Of a stretch of DNA of 64,000 nt, positions 1 to 13,300 are shown piece after piece. The notes under the pieces are model-generated. The model was not told where the DNA came from. It did not search any database and was given only the letters and a program-made list of their open reading frames with translations. Position 1 is the stretch's first letter, and each line of letters opens with the position of its first letter. The stretch spans positions 620,001-684,000 of the forward strand of contig OZ287067.1 in the NCBI GenBank assembly GCA_965645245.1, in the 5' to 3' direction. The position numbers were made by a program, and so were the translations under genes. The DNA is from Massalongia carnosa (lineage: Eukaryota).

Positions 1-2246
1 GTACTTGGCCGTGCTGCCCCCGAGCAAGTCATGTTTCTGCGCCAGGGGCTGCATCGTGAACGGGTTCCGCTTGCCTTTTTTCGGCGTCTCAGCCGTCAGC
101 AGCAGCGGTGCATTAGGAGAGCTGCTTCCTGGGGAGCCGGTCACCCCGAGGGCGCCTTCATTTACGAAGCGGCGGCGTACGAGGTCAAGGTCCATGCGCG
201 TGCCCATGGATTCGACGGTCCGGTCAACGGGCGCGACGGTATTGGTCCCGGTCACTTTTAGGATGTGGTACGCTTTGTCGAGCTTCCAGCGTTTGCACAC
301 CGTGTCAAGAACTTCGGCAATGTACGTGTCGGTTGTGACTTCGACAGTTGTGATCTGAGTCAACGCCTCGAGACTTGTGAAGTGGATTTTGAGGATCTTG
401 GCGGGACCTATTCGCGGGGTGGAATGTATAGATTTGCCTGCTTGGCCGGCGGCTGGCTTATTTTTGGCAGTTGTGTAGAATCCCTGCACAGGAGGGCTGG
501 AGACCTCTTTCTTGTCCTTTGAACCTTTCAGCTGTGGATTTTCATGGATTACTTGCTCCTTGACTGAAGCCACTTGTTGGTCGTATTGGGGCGTTAGAAG
601 TTGGTTCTCCTTGAATTGAGCCTCCGTCGCCTCAACCAGAGCAAACTCATCGTATGGTTTATCACGTGTCCTCGCTCGAACTGCTCTGTTGTTATTTGAA
701 GTAAAGTCCATTATGGGTCTAGTCCGGCTCAATGCCGGAAAATCAAAATCAACCTCGTCGTCTTCAATCATCCGCATCGTCCATCGATTCACGTTCAATT
801 TAGATTCTTGTAAGGGAGGCGCCAGCCCTTCCTCATGATATCGCCAAAGACCCAATCCGATGGCATCAGCAACAATGACCTGAGACTTTTCTTTAGCGCT
901 TCCATCAGGTGCAAACCTTAGCAGTGGCATGTCGAATGGTTTCGTAGGCGCTTTCGAGAATGGGGCATATATTCTAATGTTGAGCGGATCTAAAGCCCCC
1001 TTTCCAGATAGCCTTGCAAAGGCTTCGATAGGGTTCTTCGGTTTCGATTGCCTCGCTTTAATCGCCTGGCCGAGAAGACTCACTGGCTGGACTGTACTGA
1101 TTGGTCGAGGGGGAGGGAGGGCTTGAAGCATGGCTGATGATGTATTCCGGGGTTTTCTCGGAGAATCGGGGCTTAGTGATAATGCTGGTCGAATATTGGT
1201 TAACGAAGTAAGTGGATCATGACCATCGTCCAGAAGAGAGCCAGAGTCTGCTGGCTCGGCAAATTCTGAAGATAGGCTAGTCCTATCAGAATCTTCTCCA
1301 GAGTCTTCGTCGATTGTATTAGCTATATTACGCGAGACAAGTAGTTCTTCTTCCTTGTGCTTCTGTGTCAAAAGATTATTATCTTTTGCAGCTTTCGTTG
1401 GATTAATCTGCCTTCGCTTGAAAAGCGAAGGATCAATCTCATTTTCAGAAGACATCTCGCTACTCGTTGTTGTGTCGCGCCTCGCGCGTTGCTTGACAGC
1501 CTCAACAGCACCAAGAGATCCTCTCCGCAGCCGTCCTTCTCCAGACCTTCTAGACGGTGAGGTAACTGAAAGCTCAACTCCAGCATTGGTTTTTGAGCCT
1601 CGAATAGGTGATGACCCTGATCTGTCTCGGACCGGCATCTTGGAAAATTTAATCTGCTGAGCAGCCCTTGTACGTTAAGTTTCAAGTCTGCACCTCATCA
1701 GAAGAACGGCCATACCGATGGTTGCCTTCAACATCTTCATCGCTATCATCACTTAAGTCACTACTATCATCCTCCTCCTGTTGCTCGCGTTGGCGTCTTC
1801 GTCTGAGATTTGGTCCTGGTCCAACAGTATCGGTGCTGCCGCGTCCCGTGACCATGCCGCCCTCGTCGTCTTCATCGTTGAATCCTGATGGGGCAAAGCC
1901 AGCGGATCTCGGTGGAGCAGAGAAATAATCTGATGTAATAGCAGTCGGTATTGGAGGGGAATAAGTCCTTTTGATGTCTGCTATATCGGCCGTCCAGCCT
2001 GCTGCTCGGAAACTGGGATCATTGAGTATCCCAGAGTCGACACTGATAAGGCGTTCACCAATACCGTCTTTGACATTCGCCAAATAAGAGGTCCGTAGCT
2101 GCCAGATAAGAAAACTGGATGGGAGAGAATTAACAAATCTTCAAAAACACTAAACAAAATCGCATCACTAATCATCTTATAGGTTAAAAGGGTATATCGT
2201 CGGAGAGAAAATGCGATTCTTACTCTTCGTTCTGCAGTAGAGACAT
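1..2246 (-). CDS. SIN1: TORC2 subunit Sin1/Avo1, 5' part; runs off the left edge
   Basis: ATG at 2246. GT-AG introns 2223-2115 and about 1715-1668 give MSLLQNEDFLIWQLRTSYLANVKDGIGERLI...RAAQQIKFSKMPVRDRSGSSPIR, which I recognise as the fungal Sin1 N-terminus. Confidence 0.85.
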
Positions 2247-2461
2247 AGATACAGTGATGATTTTTTATCTACTTAATACATTTCACGGGTGAATCTCTGA
2301 CTTTGGCCTGAGCAAACGAAAGAGTTCTACCTGGCGGTAAATTAGTTGATTGGCGTCTAGTCAAGCGCATGTATTTATGTAACTAGTTATCCCGCGCGTG
2401 CCGCGCGATTGTTTAACTAGTAAGTTACTAACTACGTCTTACGATTATTATCACAAGGTAT

Positions 2462-3676
2462 ATGGAAGGCCACGAACAGGCTAACATGGTTCTCGTGGAA
2501 TATTCAGAATCCGATGGCTCTGATGCGGAGACGAATCAAAAGACCCATCCCGCGGCCAAGGAACAACTAACCTCTCAAAAACCCACGTTCCAAAAAGTAG
2601 TCGATCGCTCGAATCCCCATAAAATCCGTGTCAACTTGCCTGGGTCTTCCAACCCCACCCCGGCAGATGGTGATGACGTCGTAGAGCCTGCCCCAAAACG
2701 AGTCAAAGTTGGACTAAATGCGTTCAGTGGCTTCAATTCTTTGCTTCCTGCTCCAAAGAAAATCGCTGGCTCGAGTGCAGGAAATGGGAATCGAAGAGGT
2801 GGCCTTGGAAGTGGTGTTAATTTGAAAACAGGCGCTACTCCAGGGTTCAGTCGAGAAGTGATACCTAGCGTGGATGAAGTCGACTGCGAAGACCAAGAGA
2901 ATGAGAATGAGACAATACAGACTAGCTCAGAGACAAATGGGTTTACCCATAACGATACAAAATACAATCAAGAATCAAAACTATCAGCTATAGTGAAGGC
3001 AGAACCCAAAAAGCATGGGAGCGCTATGATTTTCAAGCCTCTATCAGTGACTCGGAAACCCAAGAAGAAGCAACCTACCATTCCCGCTGGCCAAAACAGA
3101 AACGTATCTCAAGGATCAGAATCTTCACAACATGCTAAACCAATACCAAAACTCTCATTATTCGCCGTGGACTACGTGCAAGAAACCCAACCAGCAAGCA
3201 CCAGCGTAAAAGGAGAGTATCAGCCCATGATCTACCAAGCCTCCGATTCCATCTCCGAACCGCCCCAATCCAACTCCTACGAAGAAAGAAACCAGAATGA
3301 CCTCGGGCAATCCAACCAGTCAGGTCTAACCCCTAGCATCACCCTAATCAATCAATACCCACAATCTCTCGACACCATTGCCACAGACCTCAACCTTTCC
3401 GCATCCGCCAAACGCCAACTACTCGGCCGGCAAAAAAATAACCCTTCAGCCATCAACATTGTCAACTTCAATACCGACCAAGAATACGTGGCCAACGAGA
3501 TTCTCCGCCAGGCCGGTGACCAGGTCCAGCATAACCCCATCCGAGCCATCGCTCCGGGAAAACACAGCCTGAAGCAATTAGTCAATGCGGCCAGCAACCA
3601 GAAAGATGCGTTGGAGGAGCAGTTCGCGAGTGGGCGGAGGAACAAAAAGGAAGCGGGAAGCAAATATGGCTGGTGA
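2462..3676 (+). CDS. PRCC C-terminal domain protein (mitotic checkpoint/spliceosome-associated)
   Basis: Single 404-aa ORF ending GKHSLKQLVNAASNQKDALEEQFASGRRNKKEAGSKYGW, the PRCC C-terminal signature. Confidence 0.8.
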   Translation: MEGHEQANMVLVEYSESDGSDAETNQKTHPAAKEQLTSQKPTFQKVVDRSNPHKIRVNLPGSSNPTPADGDDVVEPAPKRVKVGLNAFSGFNSLLPAPKKIAGSSAGNGNRRGGLGSGVNLKTGATPGFSREVIPSVDEVDCEDQENENETIQTSSETNGFTHNDTKYNQESKLSAIVKAEPKKHGSAMIFKPLSVTRKPKKKQPTIPAGQNRNVSQGSESSQHAKPIPKLSLFAVDYVQETQPASTSVKGEYQPMIYQASDSISEPPQSNSYEERNQNDLGQSNQSGLTPSITLINQYPQSLDTIATDLNLSASAKRQLLGRQKNNPSAINIVNFNTDQEYVANEILRQAGDQVQHNPIRAIAPGKHSLKQLVNAASNQKDALEEQFASGRRNKKEAGSKYGW

Positions 3677-4349
3677 TGTTGTTGAAACTAGGGGAGGTTC
3701 TGGCCGGAAATCTAAATATGCCTCGGTCCATACCTTTTATAGCCTTACTATAGGGACTTTATCGATTACTCGAGAAATTTTTTTGAACAAGGTCATCCTA
3801 GTTGATCAATATCAAGTAATGAGACTACGTTAATAATATTATAAGTGCTCATCCAGATCTCGAAATAGCAGGACTTCGCGGAGACCACTTCTCATATTTT
3901 CACTAGTAGGTCTCTGGAACTCTAATCATTCCATACCGCTTACCAGTACAAAAGCGCTGTTGTGCTCTGGGGCGGCCGAGATGGAGGGCAGAATAAATGG
4001 GAATACACATTGATGGGATTAGGGGGGAGTTGGCGGGGAAGGGCAGAGCCCGGGTAGTTAAGCTGTGTAGAGAAGCTTAAACAAGAAACTTTTGGATTTT
4101 TTTCTTGCCCCAAATCTATCTCGCCCGGCACCATATCCACATATCTACTTTATGTGCGTGAGCGAACCATCTACAAAAATCTGATCCTTCTTCTCTTATC
4201 AAGATGTCTTGACTCGCTCCCTTCTCATCCAAATAGACACAGCATATACTTCCCCTTCCTTCCTCCCTCTCTTCCTGCTTCTATGCTTCGCTGGCATCAT
4301 GACATGCCCTGTTACATGCTCCCTTTCTCCAGCTTCTCAAATCAATCCA

Positions 4350-7300
4350 TCAACCTGAATAATTACCTGACTCCACCACTTCCGCAAACCACTGCTTCAG
4401 TGCTGTGGCCAGCACCCCCGGCAACTCCTGCACGTTCCCCACAACGATATAATACGCAAACGGGAAACCGTCCAAATATCGCTTGATCTTTAACTTGGTT
4501 CCCCCGACGCTGCCCACTTCAGCAGCAGCGCTATGATTGTTAATGCTTGCGCTGTCATCGGGCTCGAAAACAGCCTGGCTCATGTCCAGGATCGACTCCC
4601 CCTTGCCGGCGTCCACGATGACGAAAACGATAACAATTCGCTCTTCCTGCGCCCGTCGTACCAGCCGCCGGATCTCATCATGGCCCTCGCACACCCCGTC
4701 GCTGATGATAATTTCCAGCTGCCACAGATCACCTGCGCCTGCTCTAGTGGATTTGCCCCGCGCGTCTCGTAAGAGGTCGGTTGAACGCTCCACTAGCTTC
4801 CCTACATCGGTTCGCTCTTGCCGAAACGTGAACTGACGAAACACATCGACGCCCGCGTCGGCTGTGAAGGGTTTATCAAATTCATGAGCGATATGGACCT
4901 CGGCGCCGAAGCCTACGACGCAAATCTCGCCGACCTCGAGCATGCTCAAGCTCTTGGCGACGAGGGCCAAGGTCTCAAAGGCGAGGTGGCCGGCAGATGA
5001 TTCACTCATGGACTTGCTGTCGTCAACCGCGAGGAGGATCTGGTAGGCACGTTTGGAAGGCACGGAGCGGCGCATCCAGATTTTATCGCGCTTGTAGGAC
5101 GAAGCGATATAGGGGATAATACGCTTGATGTTGAGGCGCTTACCGGTGCGGAAATCGCCGCGCATCTTAGTAGCCAGGGTGGGTGCAAGGATGAGTCGAA
5201 GCTGTTCAGTGAGGGTTAGTGAGAGGGGGTGGGTCAGGGCGGAGTAATGGGTCCAGAGGCGGAGGGCTTCGGAGGAAGAACGATGATTGCTAGCATTGGA
5301 TTGGAGGTGGATCGTAGAGAGGTTATTGTCCAGGTGTGTGATATCGTCTTCTTGCTCCTCTAGATATACAGAGCTAGATTTAGGTAGATTTCCTTTTAGC
5401 GCAGTGTTTTCTATCATCAATGCTCCAGGTTTGGATTGCTCCTGCTGGTTTCCATTTTCCTCAGAGTCTCTTAGAAGCATCTCTTTTGCTTCTAAGGTTT
5501 CTGATGTCGCTTCGTCAAGCAAGTCGGGGGTGAAGTCTGGATCTCGATCTTCCACCTGTGACTCAAATGCTTGTTCGTTTAGGGCATGTGCTTGGTCATG
5601 CGTTGCTGCACCCAAAGCTTGCGTGTCGGCATTAGCTTCGTCACTATCTAAGTGTTCATAAATTTGATATGCCATGTCGATGTCTGCTGCCTTTTCATCA
5701 AGAGGTTCTCGTGACTCCTGAGCATCTTGAACTTGCTGCTGTTGGCGGTGCCACTTTTCCAGAGCATCTCCAAGCTTTTTGAAATCTTGACTTCTCCTGC
5801 CTTGCCTCGGTTGATTATCTGGTGTGCTTATATTCGCGGAACTCTGAGCAACGTGATCAAGCTGTCCCTCTTCGCTTGCAGCCTTGGGATCTTCTAAGTT
5901 GGCTGAATTTCCATTCGAACCTTCCTTACCCTGTGCGTGATTGGATTGGGTTTCCTCGTGAACCTGCTGATGATTACCTTCGCCGATACCCTGAGAATCA
6001 TTTGAAGGATGACCATCAATATCGATGACTGAATCAATGATATGGTCACGACGAAGATCAGTGTCCGTATTCATCTCATCATTGTCCGGTTCAGTGTCTA
6101 CTGGAGAACCTGACCTCTCTATTTCATCAGCATCGTCCTTAGCCTCAACGTCTTTCTCAGAGTCTAGAGCCACGGCTTCTACATCTGTGTATTCCTTCGA
6201 GTATTCTTGATCCGATACCTCATTACCAGAAAAGTCGGCTTTCTCTTCTTCGTCGTCCATTCCTTCCGTTACAGATGCCGGTCCAATATCATCCTCGTCA
6301 GATAAAGAGAATGCTGACATACGGTCGTTGCCATCAAAATTAAGGTCCTCTGGTAAATCTAGTTTTTGTCCTTCTTGCAGGTGAGGATCAATCTTTTCAT
6401 CTTCCTTCTGTCCAACATGCTCCCCTTCCTCAGTTTCATCGACATTATGATCATCATCCTCAACGTCATCTTCGTTAAATTCTTGCTTACGCTCTACGTC
6501 TGCGGCTACCTGCTCGTTGGTAGCTTTCCCTGCCGCTTTAGACCCTTCTTTCTCTTTGTCTGCGTTTTCTTCACGCTGGTTCCAGAGCTTTTCATTTACA
6601 GCTGATGGATCCAATCCATCCACATCACCAGTCTCTTCGTCTATTTGGGATTCCCCTTCATCATCTCCGAGCTGATCTTCCACATCATCTTCTGCAGCAT
6701 CTCCCATTTCACCTTCTAAGTCTTCTCGATCCATGTTCACCGCGTCTTCTTGATCTTCGATTTCGCTCTCGTCTTTATTCTTGGTGAGTTCTTGTGCAAG
6801 CTCAGTAAGATCTTCATCATCTTGAATATCTTTACTGATATCATCAACTCCTTCTCCTTCGCCGAGTCCGGTTCCCTTCTCAGGCATTTCTGAATTCTCA
6901 GCCTTAGGTGCTGAATCCTCAAAAGGACTGCAGAAGCCTTGTGACGCAATTTGATTAAATGACTGCGCTGAGATAGTGGCCAACCTGCACACCGATTTGT
7001 GAAGTTTTACGTAATGGTCTAGAAAACTTCGAAAAGAGTCGCGATACTGCTGGATAATTGGCATCGTCACTGCGCATAATGCTCCAACAACTTGGAGACT
7101 AGTTTCAGGAGGTAACTCGAGAAATTTTATTTTTGAAATCAAACCTTCAAAAAGTTTATTGATTCCCCTAGGATGCAAACTCAAAAGACAAGCAGAGTAT
7201 GCTTTATCAAGCTTCGTAAGCCAGCCATTCTCTTCATTAGATATTGGAAGGGAGGATAGTATCTTCTGTGTACGCTGGGTAGCTACTAAAATACAATCTA

Positions 7301-10300
7301 CAATCTTCCACATAGTAAGATCGAGCTCGGTTATATCTATTGACGGCAGTTTATTCTCATAATTGCTCGGAAGCTTGTTTTCTTCGCATTCGGTCCATAA
7401 TTCGATTTGCCGTAAAATAAAGCCTACATTCTTGTTCTCCTCAGATAGTTTTCTTAGATCAGCCTTCAGTTCTATCAATGACGACTTAGCTTGGCTGTCG
7501 ATTTCAGTCTGGGATGAACAAGATAGATCGATAGGCAACTTAGGAAGTCGGTTATAGCGATCGATAAGATCTATCATCCTATTTTTCCAGCTTGTGAGCC
7601 GTGTTACAACAGCTGTAGAATCCAAACCGCCGAGGTGGGAGGTTTTGATGACAATATTACTACCAGCTTCAAGAATACTCGGAAGCCACCTTACAGAATA
7701 ACTAATTCCTCTAACAGCAACTTCACAGCTTTGTTCTTTATGAATGGTATATGCCTGTGGTGCCCATAGATTTTGCATCAACTCCATATTTTTTTCGAGG
7801 ACATCAAGATTTTCACGGCTTTCAACGGATATAGCTCTTTGCTTTATTATCACGGATAAGATACTCTCTAGATATCCGATGCTTCGAGAAATCTCACCAT
7901 GACTTAGGTCATCCGAGTGTTTGTAATAATGTTGCCTTATTTGAGGCATGATATACAAAACCTGATGAAACTGATATTCTGCAGCCCAGAAATCAGCTTC
8001 CGTCGCAGCAAATTGGGATGCCGGGCTCTTCGTCAGTACAATTGCCGTAGATGCTTGCTGAGTACGAACATCTGCACTCAAATTAGATTTGAAACCCATG
8101 TGCCGGAGGGATTTTAATGATTCGGCAAAAATGTTCTTCTTCCGTGTTTTGAGGTGCTTGATTTGATCCTTATTCTCATTTGTTGCTTTTTTGGGCGTCT
8201 CTGTTTGCAGCTTCTTAATACTTTCTACCAAGTCAGTTGCCCAATTGTTGATGCAGAATGCACTGGTAAGAGAATTAAAGGGTATTTGGATGATATGTTG
8301 GATTTTTCTAGCAGTCAATATGGGATTTGTGAACCTTGCAGGCTTGAGATCCCAACCTGGTAAATGCTGCTGGCTTATTTCAAGTGCTTCAGGATCTACG
8401 ATAAGTGTTCGGGGAGGGTTTTTCCTGTGTGGTAGCATCTCAGGGCTTTCAGACTGATTAGGAACTCCACGCGCAAGAATTTGCTCGGCAGACGTGGCCA
8501 AATGTGCTCTATACCTCCTGACTACCTTGAAGAGTTTGTGATGTGACCGCTTGGCACTTTCCCTAAGCACACTGATATTAGTGTCCTTCCAGCTGGCTAG
8601 AAGTATGAGTTCCTTCATATCCTTTTCTAGCCCTAGTCGACCTTGGCGCAAAGAATCTTGTATCGTGCTTTCAAATCGAGAGTAAAGTCCCAAGAAATTG
8701 GCCAGAGTGTTCTGGATCGCCTTCATGTTTGGTTCCTCTTTTAAGAGCGACGCCACGTGCATTTCGAAGCATTCGATTAGACGAAGCCTTGGGGAGTATT
8801 GACCGATCGAACCTGTTGCTAAAAAATCCGTCAGGGTAGCAAAGAGCTCCTCAAGGTATGTATGAACATATTGGCCTGCATGAACAATTGAAAGTGGTAT
8901 GGCAATGATAACCTCATAAGCTAGGAACCACCAGGACTCGGCCTCATCTTTGCATTTTTTGTCCTCCATGTCTAGGAGCCTGGCCCACGTCGAGAGCTCA
9001 AGGCGACGCCAGTCCACAAGTAAACTTGTGAGCCGATCATACAAACCCTTTACCGAAAAGTCCTTGCTTGCAACTGTCTGCCATTCATGTATATAGCCAT
9101 GGACTTGTTCAGCCTTAGTCATAAGCTTTGCAATTGGATCTGTGTGCCGCAACGCCATCAACTCCGACAAGGTTTGAAGGACATCACTGATTGTTGCATG
9201 TTCGGGCCAAACTTCTTGGAGTTCAAAGAACTGAATCCGGATTTCCTGCAATAGAACAACGAGCTTTTTGACTTCTGCCAGGTTAGCATCAGCATAGAAA
9301 CTGTAGGTCTTTCCCAGCTCATATCCACCATTCAAATAACTTTGCTGTCTATCAAGGCCCAAGATGACCCCACACATTAAATTCTCAGCTGGCTCCTCGC
9401 TCACAAAGGTTCGTGACTCCCTTTGCCATAGTTTACCAATATCCATAGAAGCATCTTCGAGCATCTTAAGAATTTTTTCCGTCGCGGAAGTACTACACCC
9501 GAATATCTCCCGCTGACAGCCAGCAATTTTTCGAGCTAGTAATTTCTGATCATATGGAGGTATGTCAACCTCTGGGCAATCTTTGGAATTTTCAGAAAAA
9601 TCCGGGAACATGTTCAGAAAATCTTTTTCGTTGATCTTATCGTCATCTTCCTCTGCACCGCGATAGCGATACATCGAGCGCTTTGCCATGTCTTTCTGCT
9701 GATCATAACCAAGTCGCCCTTTCCAGTCTCTGTAAAAACTTTGAAATACCTCGTGCATGATCGATACCACACCATACTGCAAACATTGCGCAGTATTGCG
9801 CGAGAGCGCTACGGCACTCAAAAAAGACAGCCGTGGATCTAAGCCTTGTTCTTGATGAGGTTTCAATCCATTAAAAGTCACCTTGAAGAGATAGCTACTG
9901 CGCATACCTAGAAAGGGCGTAGATTGGCAAATATGTTCGAGGAAATTACCGTCTTGCTGTATCATGGTAGTCGCAAGCAAAGCAATAGCCAAGCCAATAT
10001 CAAGTCCTCGGAGCATTGCAATCAAAGGTTTTGTAATATCATCATAAGCACGATAATTAGCCGAGAATCTCGCAATAGCTTGCTCAACATTTGCCCTCAG
10101 AAGCTCAATGTCTTGAATTTGTGAGAAATCGCCTTGAAAAAGCGAGAGCAGTGAAAGTGAACTTGGAGACCTCTGAATAATTGTTTTCAGCACGTTGTTG
10201 AATTCCCCCTGCAGTTGAATAAGCTCAGAGATTCGAGGTCGGATTAGGGTGGAGACAGAGGGTTCCTGCCCCAACTCTTGCAGCTGTTCTTCCACGATTC

Positions 10301-13300
10301 GACATCGAAAGCTTGATCTTTGACCGGTAGATATCATTTCAAATTCTTGTAAAGCCTGTAGCTTTGCTTGCAACTCAGCCTTGCGTTTAAGGTGTCGAGT
10401 CCGGTCAATGAATAATTTCATCGCAGGGTCAAAAGGTTGGTCAGGAACATAAAGATGTAAAACGCCTGTAAAGAACAAAATCCAAGCTGAAGCTGTCCAA
10501 GTTAATCTATTCGATCCTTGCTGGAGAGTACTCCGAAGGTTTCTCAGCGAAGGATTAAGATATCCTTCCAAAATGCGAGAAAGATAATCTGATTCTGGAG
10601 TATTCTGTCTTGTACGGAGTATAGGAACGTTAAGAAGGAGTAGGTCTTCTGCCGAGCTTTGACAGTACTGGTTAACGTAGTTACTACACCTTTCCAGATA
10701 TGATGGATCGAGTTGTTGCCGATGGGCTTCATAGATCTATGAAAGTGAGCGTGAGATATTCACTGGGGCTAATACAGCCATGCTCACATTCATGTGCAGC
10801 ATGGCAAGCATGCGATTTAAACAATGTAGTTGATCATGACAGATTGCTGAGCTTAAACGCGCTACATTCTCTACCATAAAATTCAACTCAGTACGGAGCG
10901 AGGCTAGATTTCTAAGAGGAGCCTCAGATATGTTACATCTAAACAGAAGTCAGCCCTTTTCTAACTATCACGTTTTCCAAATTTCCAGATCACTTACATG
11001 GCAGCGAGAACGGAACATGGAAATGATTTTCGAAAAATCATAAGGGAATTGGTCTTGCTACAGATTCCCGTACCACTTTCAATTTGCGCAAGAATTCGCC
11101 AAGGGCTTGAAAGAGTGCTTTTTCCCATTAAATATCTAGTTGGCCGGTCTGAAAGTAAATCAAGAACTGAATGGTTACTATCATTTCCATGCAAGCCAAC
11201 CATCGCTTCGTACTGGCAAAGCCCTTCAAACTCGGCTACAAAGAATGGTATATCAGGCCTGTGAGATAGATTTGATGAGCTCTCAAGCTTTTCGAGCGCC
11301 TTTTGAATGTCCTACATTTGTTAGCTTCAAGGTGCAAGTTTCGCAGGAGAGGACTGACTCGAAATTGATCACCGGTAACGCTAGTTGATAGCGCTATAGC
11401 ATCATGAAAGCGAATAATCGATTGCCGCGATATGTCAAGTTCTTGAAACGAGACACCCGCAACCCATTTAAGAACATCAAACCGATCTGCAAGGTTTTCA
11501 GCACTAATAAATGTTTCCAATTGTTCCATGGTCTTAGCGGTACGGGGTCGAAATCCTTTCCAAATTGTTTCCATGCTTAGTCCTGTTGAAAGTTGCCAAG
11601 GCTTGGTGAACAGATCCAACATTGAAGAGAGCTTCTCGGTAATCAACCTGGTCTCTGGACCATGCACATGTCCCTGGGTGACTAATGACCTACCAATGAT
11701 CAAATAGGCCTGGAAAGCACCCTCATCAAACTCGGGGAGCACACAGAGATCAAATACTTCCGTAAGATAAGATAAAATTTCATGGGAAAGACTTGCGATC
11801 GCCTGAAACACATGTTAGAGATCTCTTTATATGTTCCTTGGAAGGTATCGTACCTGGTTGTTTTCCTGTGGTCCGAAATCTCTTTCATTTACAAAATACC
11901 GTAGAAACGTTCCCATTTCTTTCAGAAAATTTGCCAACTGCTTAGTCGATTCACGCCCGAAATGGCTCGACTGATGCGAGACCAAGGATCTTTCTAGTTG
12001 TGACAATTGAGATGCAGGTTTAACTATTATATTTTGATTCAATAGATCGAGCCTTGCTTCAAATGTGTATATCTTCAACAGGAGCTCAAAGTAGATGCCA
12101 AGCAATCTTAAATTGGAGGCAAATTTATGATGAGCGGTCAAGGAGATAAGCGGGCCATTATTGAGAGGGTTTATAGTCTGATTTACACGAAATTGTCAGC
12201 TATACAAGCCTTATATCTGGGTTCAGAAGCAAGCTTACCTGCATGTTACCAAAGCCTCCATCCAAGTTCAATTTTTGGCAAAGTTCTTTATAAGTTTTTC
12301 GCACACAATGCACAACACTACCTGAGCGGAGAATCTGCGTAAATATTGAAAGGATTGAATCTAGAGAAGCATGCTGCGGTGATGAAAGATTAATCAAACC
12401 TATAGCAACTTGTGCTCGCCACCGGCGGATCAATTCATGACTCGAGAGAGGAAGATGATCAAGGCAAACTAATGTGAATTCAGAGAAATGTACATCATCT
12501 GAAGTACTCCACTCAAGATTTCCGAAGACTTGAAAACGGGAAACAATGTATGTGTGCATAAACTTCATCTCAGCCTCTAACCCTGTTGATGGAGTAGCGG
12601 GCATGTATAGCTCGACACACCTGTTCCGCATTGCTCGAGAGAGCTCTCCGTGGCGTGGGTCCATCGTTAGAAACAACCTGAATGCTGGATTCGGCTGTAC
12701 AACGCTGGCACTGCCATCCGAAGAGCGGTGTTCATTGATACTAAGAACTCCATTGGGCTCCAATAAAGAATTCAGTCTGTCGAGCACTGATGGATTGCAT
12801 AGGTTCGCATTGTCCAGAACTAGCCAATGGCCTTGCTTCAATGCGTTGACGAGTATTCCATCAACCCATTCAAATTGAGCTTTCTTTTCTTCCGCAAATC
12901 TCCCGACCAAACTCTCACAATCATCAGCGATACTAAAGAATTCCAACGTTGGATCAACTGTGTTAATATTACGAATTAAAGTTAAAATCTGAAAAAAATC
13001 TGGCTCTGAGGACTGAAGCTGTTCTTGAAGTATTGCAAGATCGTTATTGAAGCTCAAACCAGACACGAGTTGATCAACAATGTTTCTGCGAGTAACTTTT
13101 CTTAACTTTCTGAGAAGGGCTGCAGATTCTCTCTGTAAGTCTACTTGCTCATATCCACCAACTAAGTCTGTAGTATCCATGTCAGCATTCAAAGGGAGAT
13201 CAACAATAACAGTGCCAGTTTGATCTGCTAGTTGCGAAAGCAAACTACTTTTTCCGCAGCCTGAAGACCCAACCAGTAAGCAAGGCCAGTTTTTTTGAAC

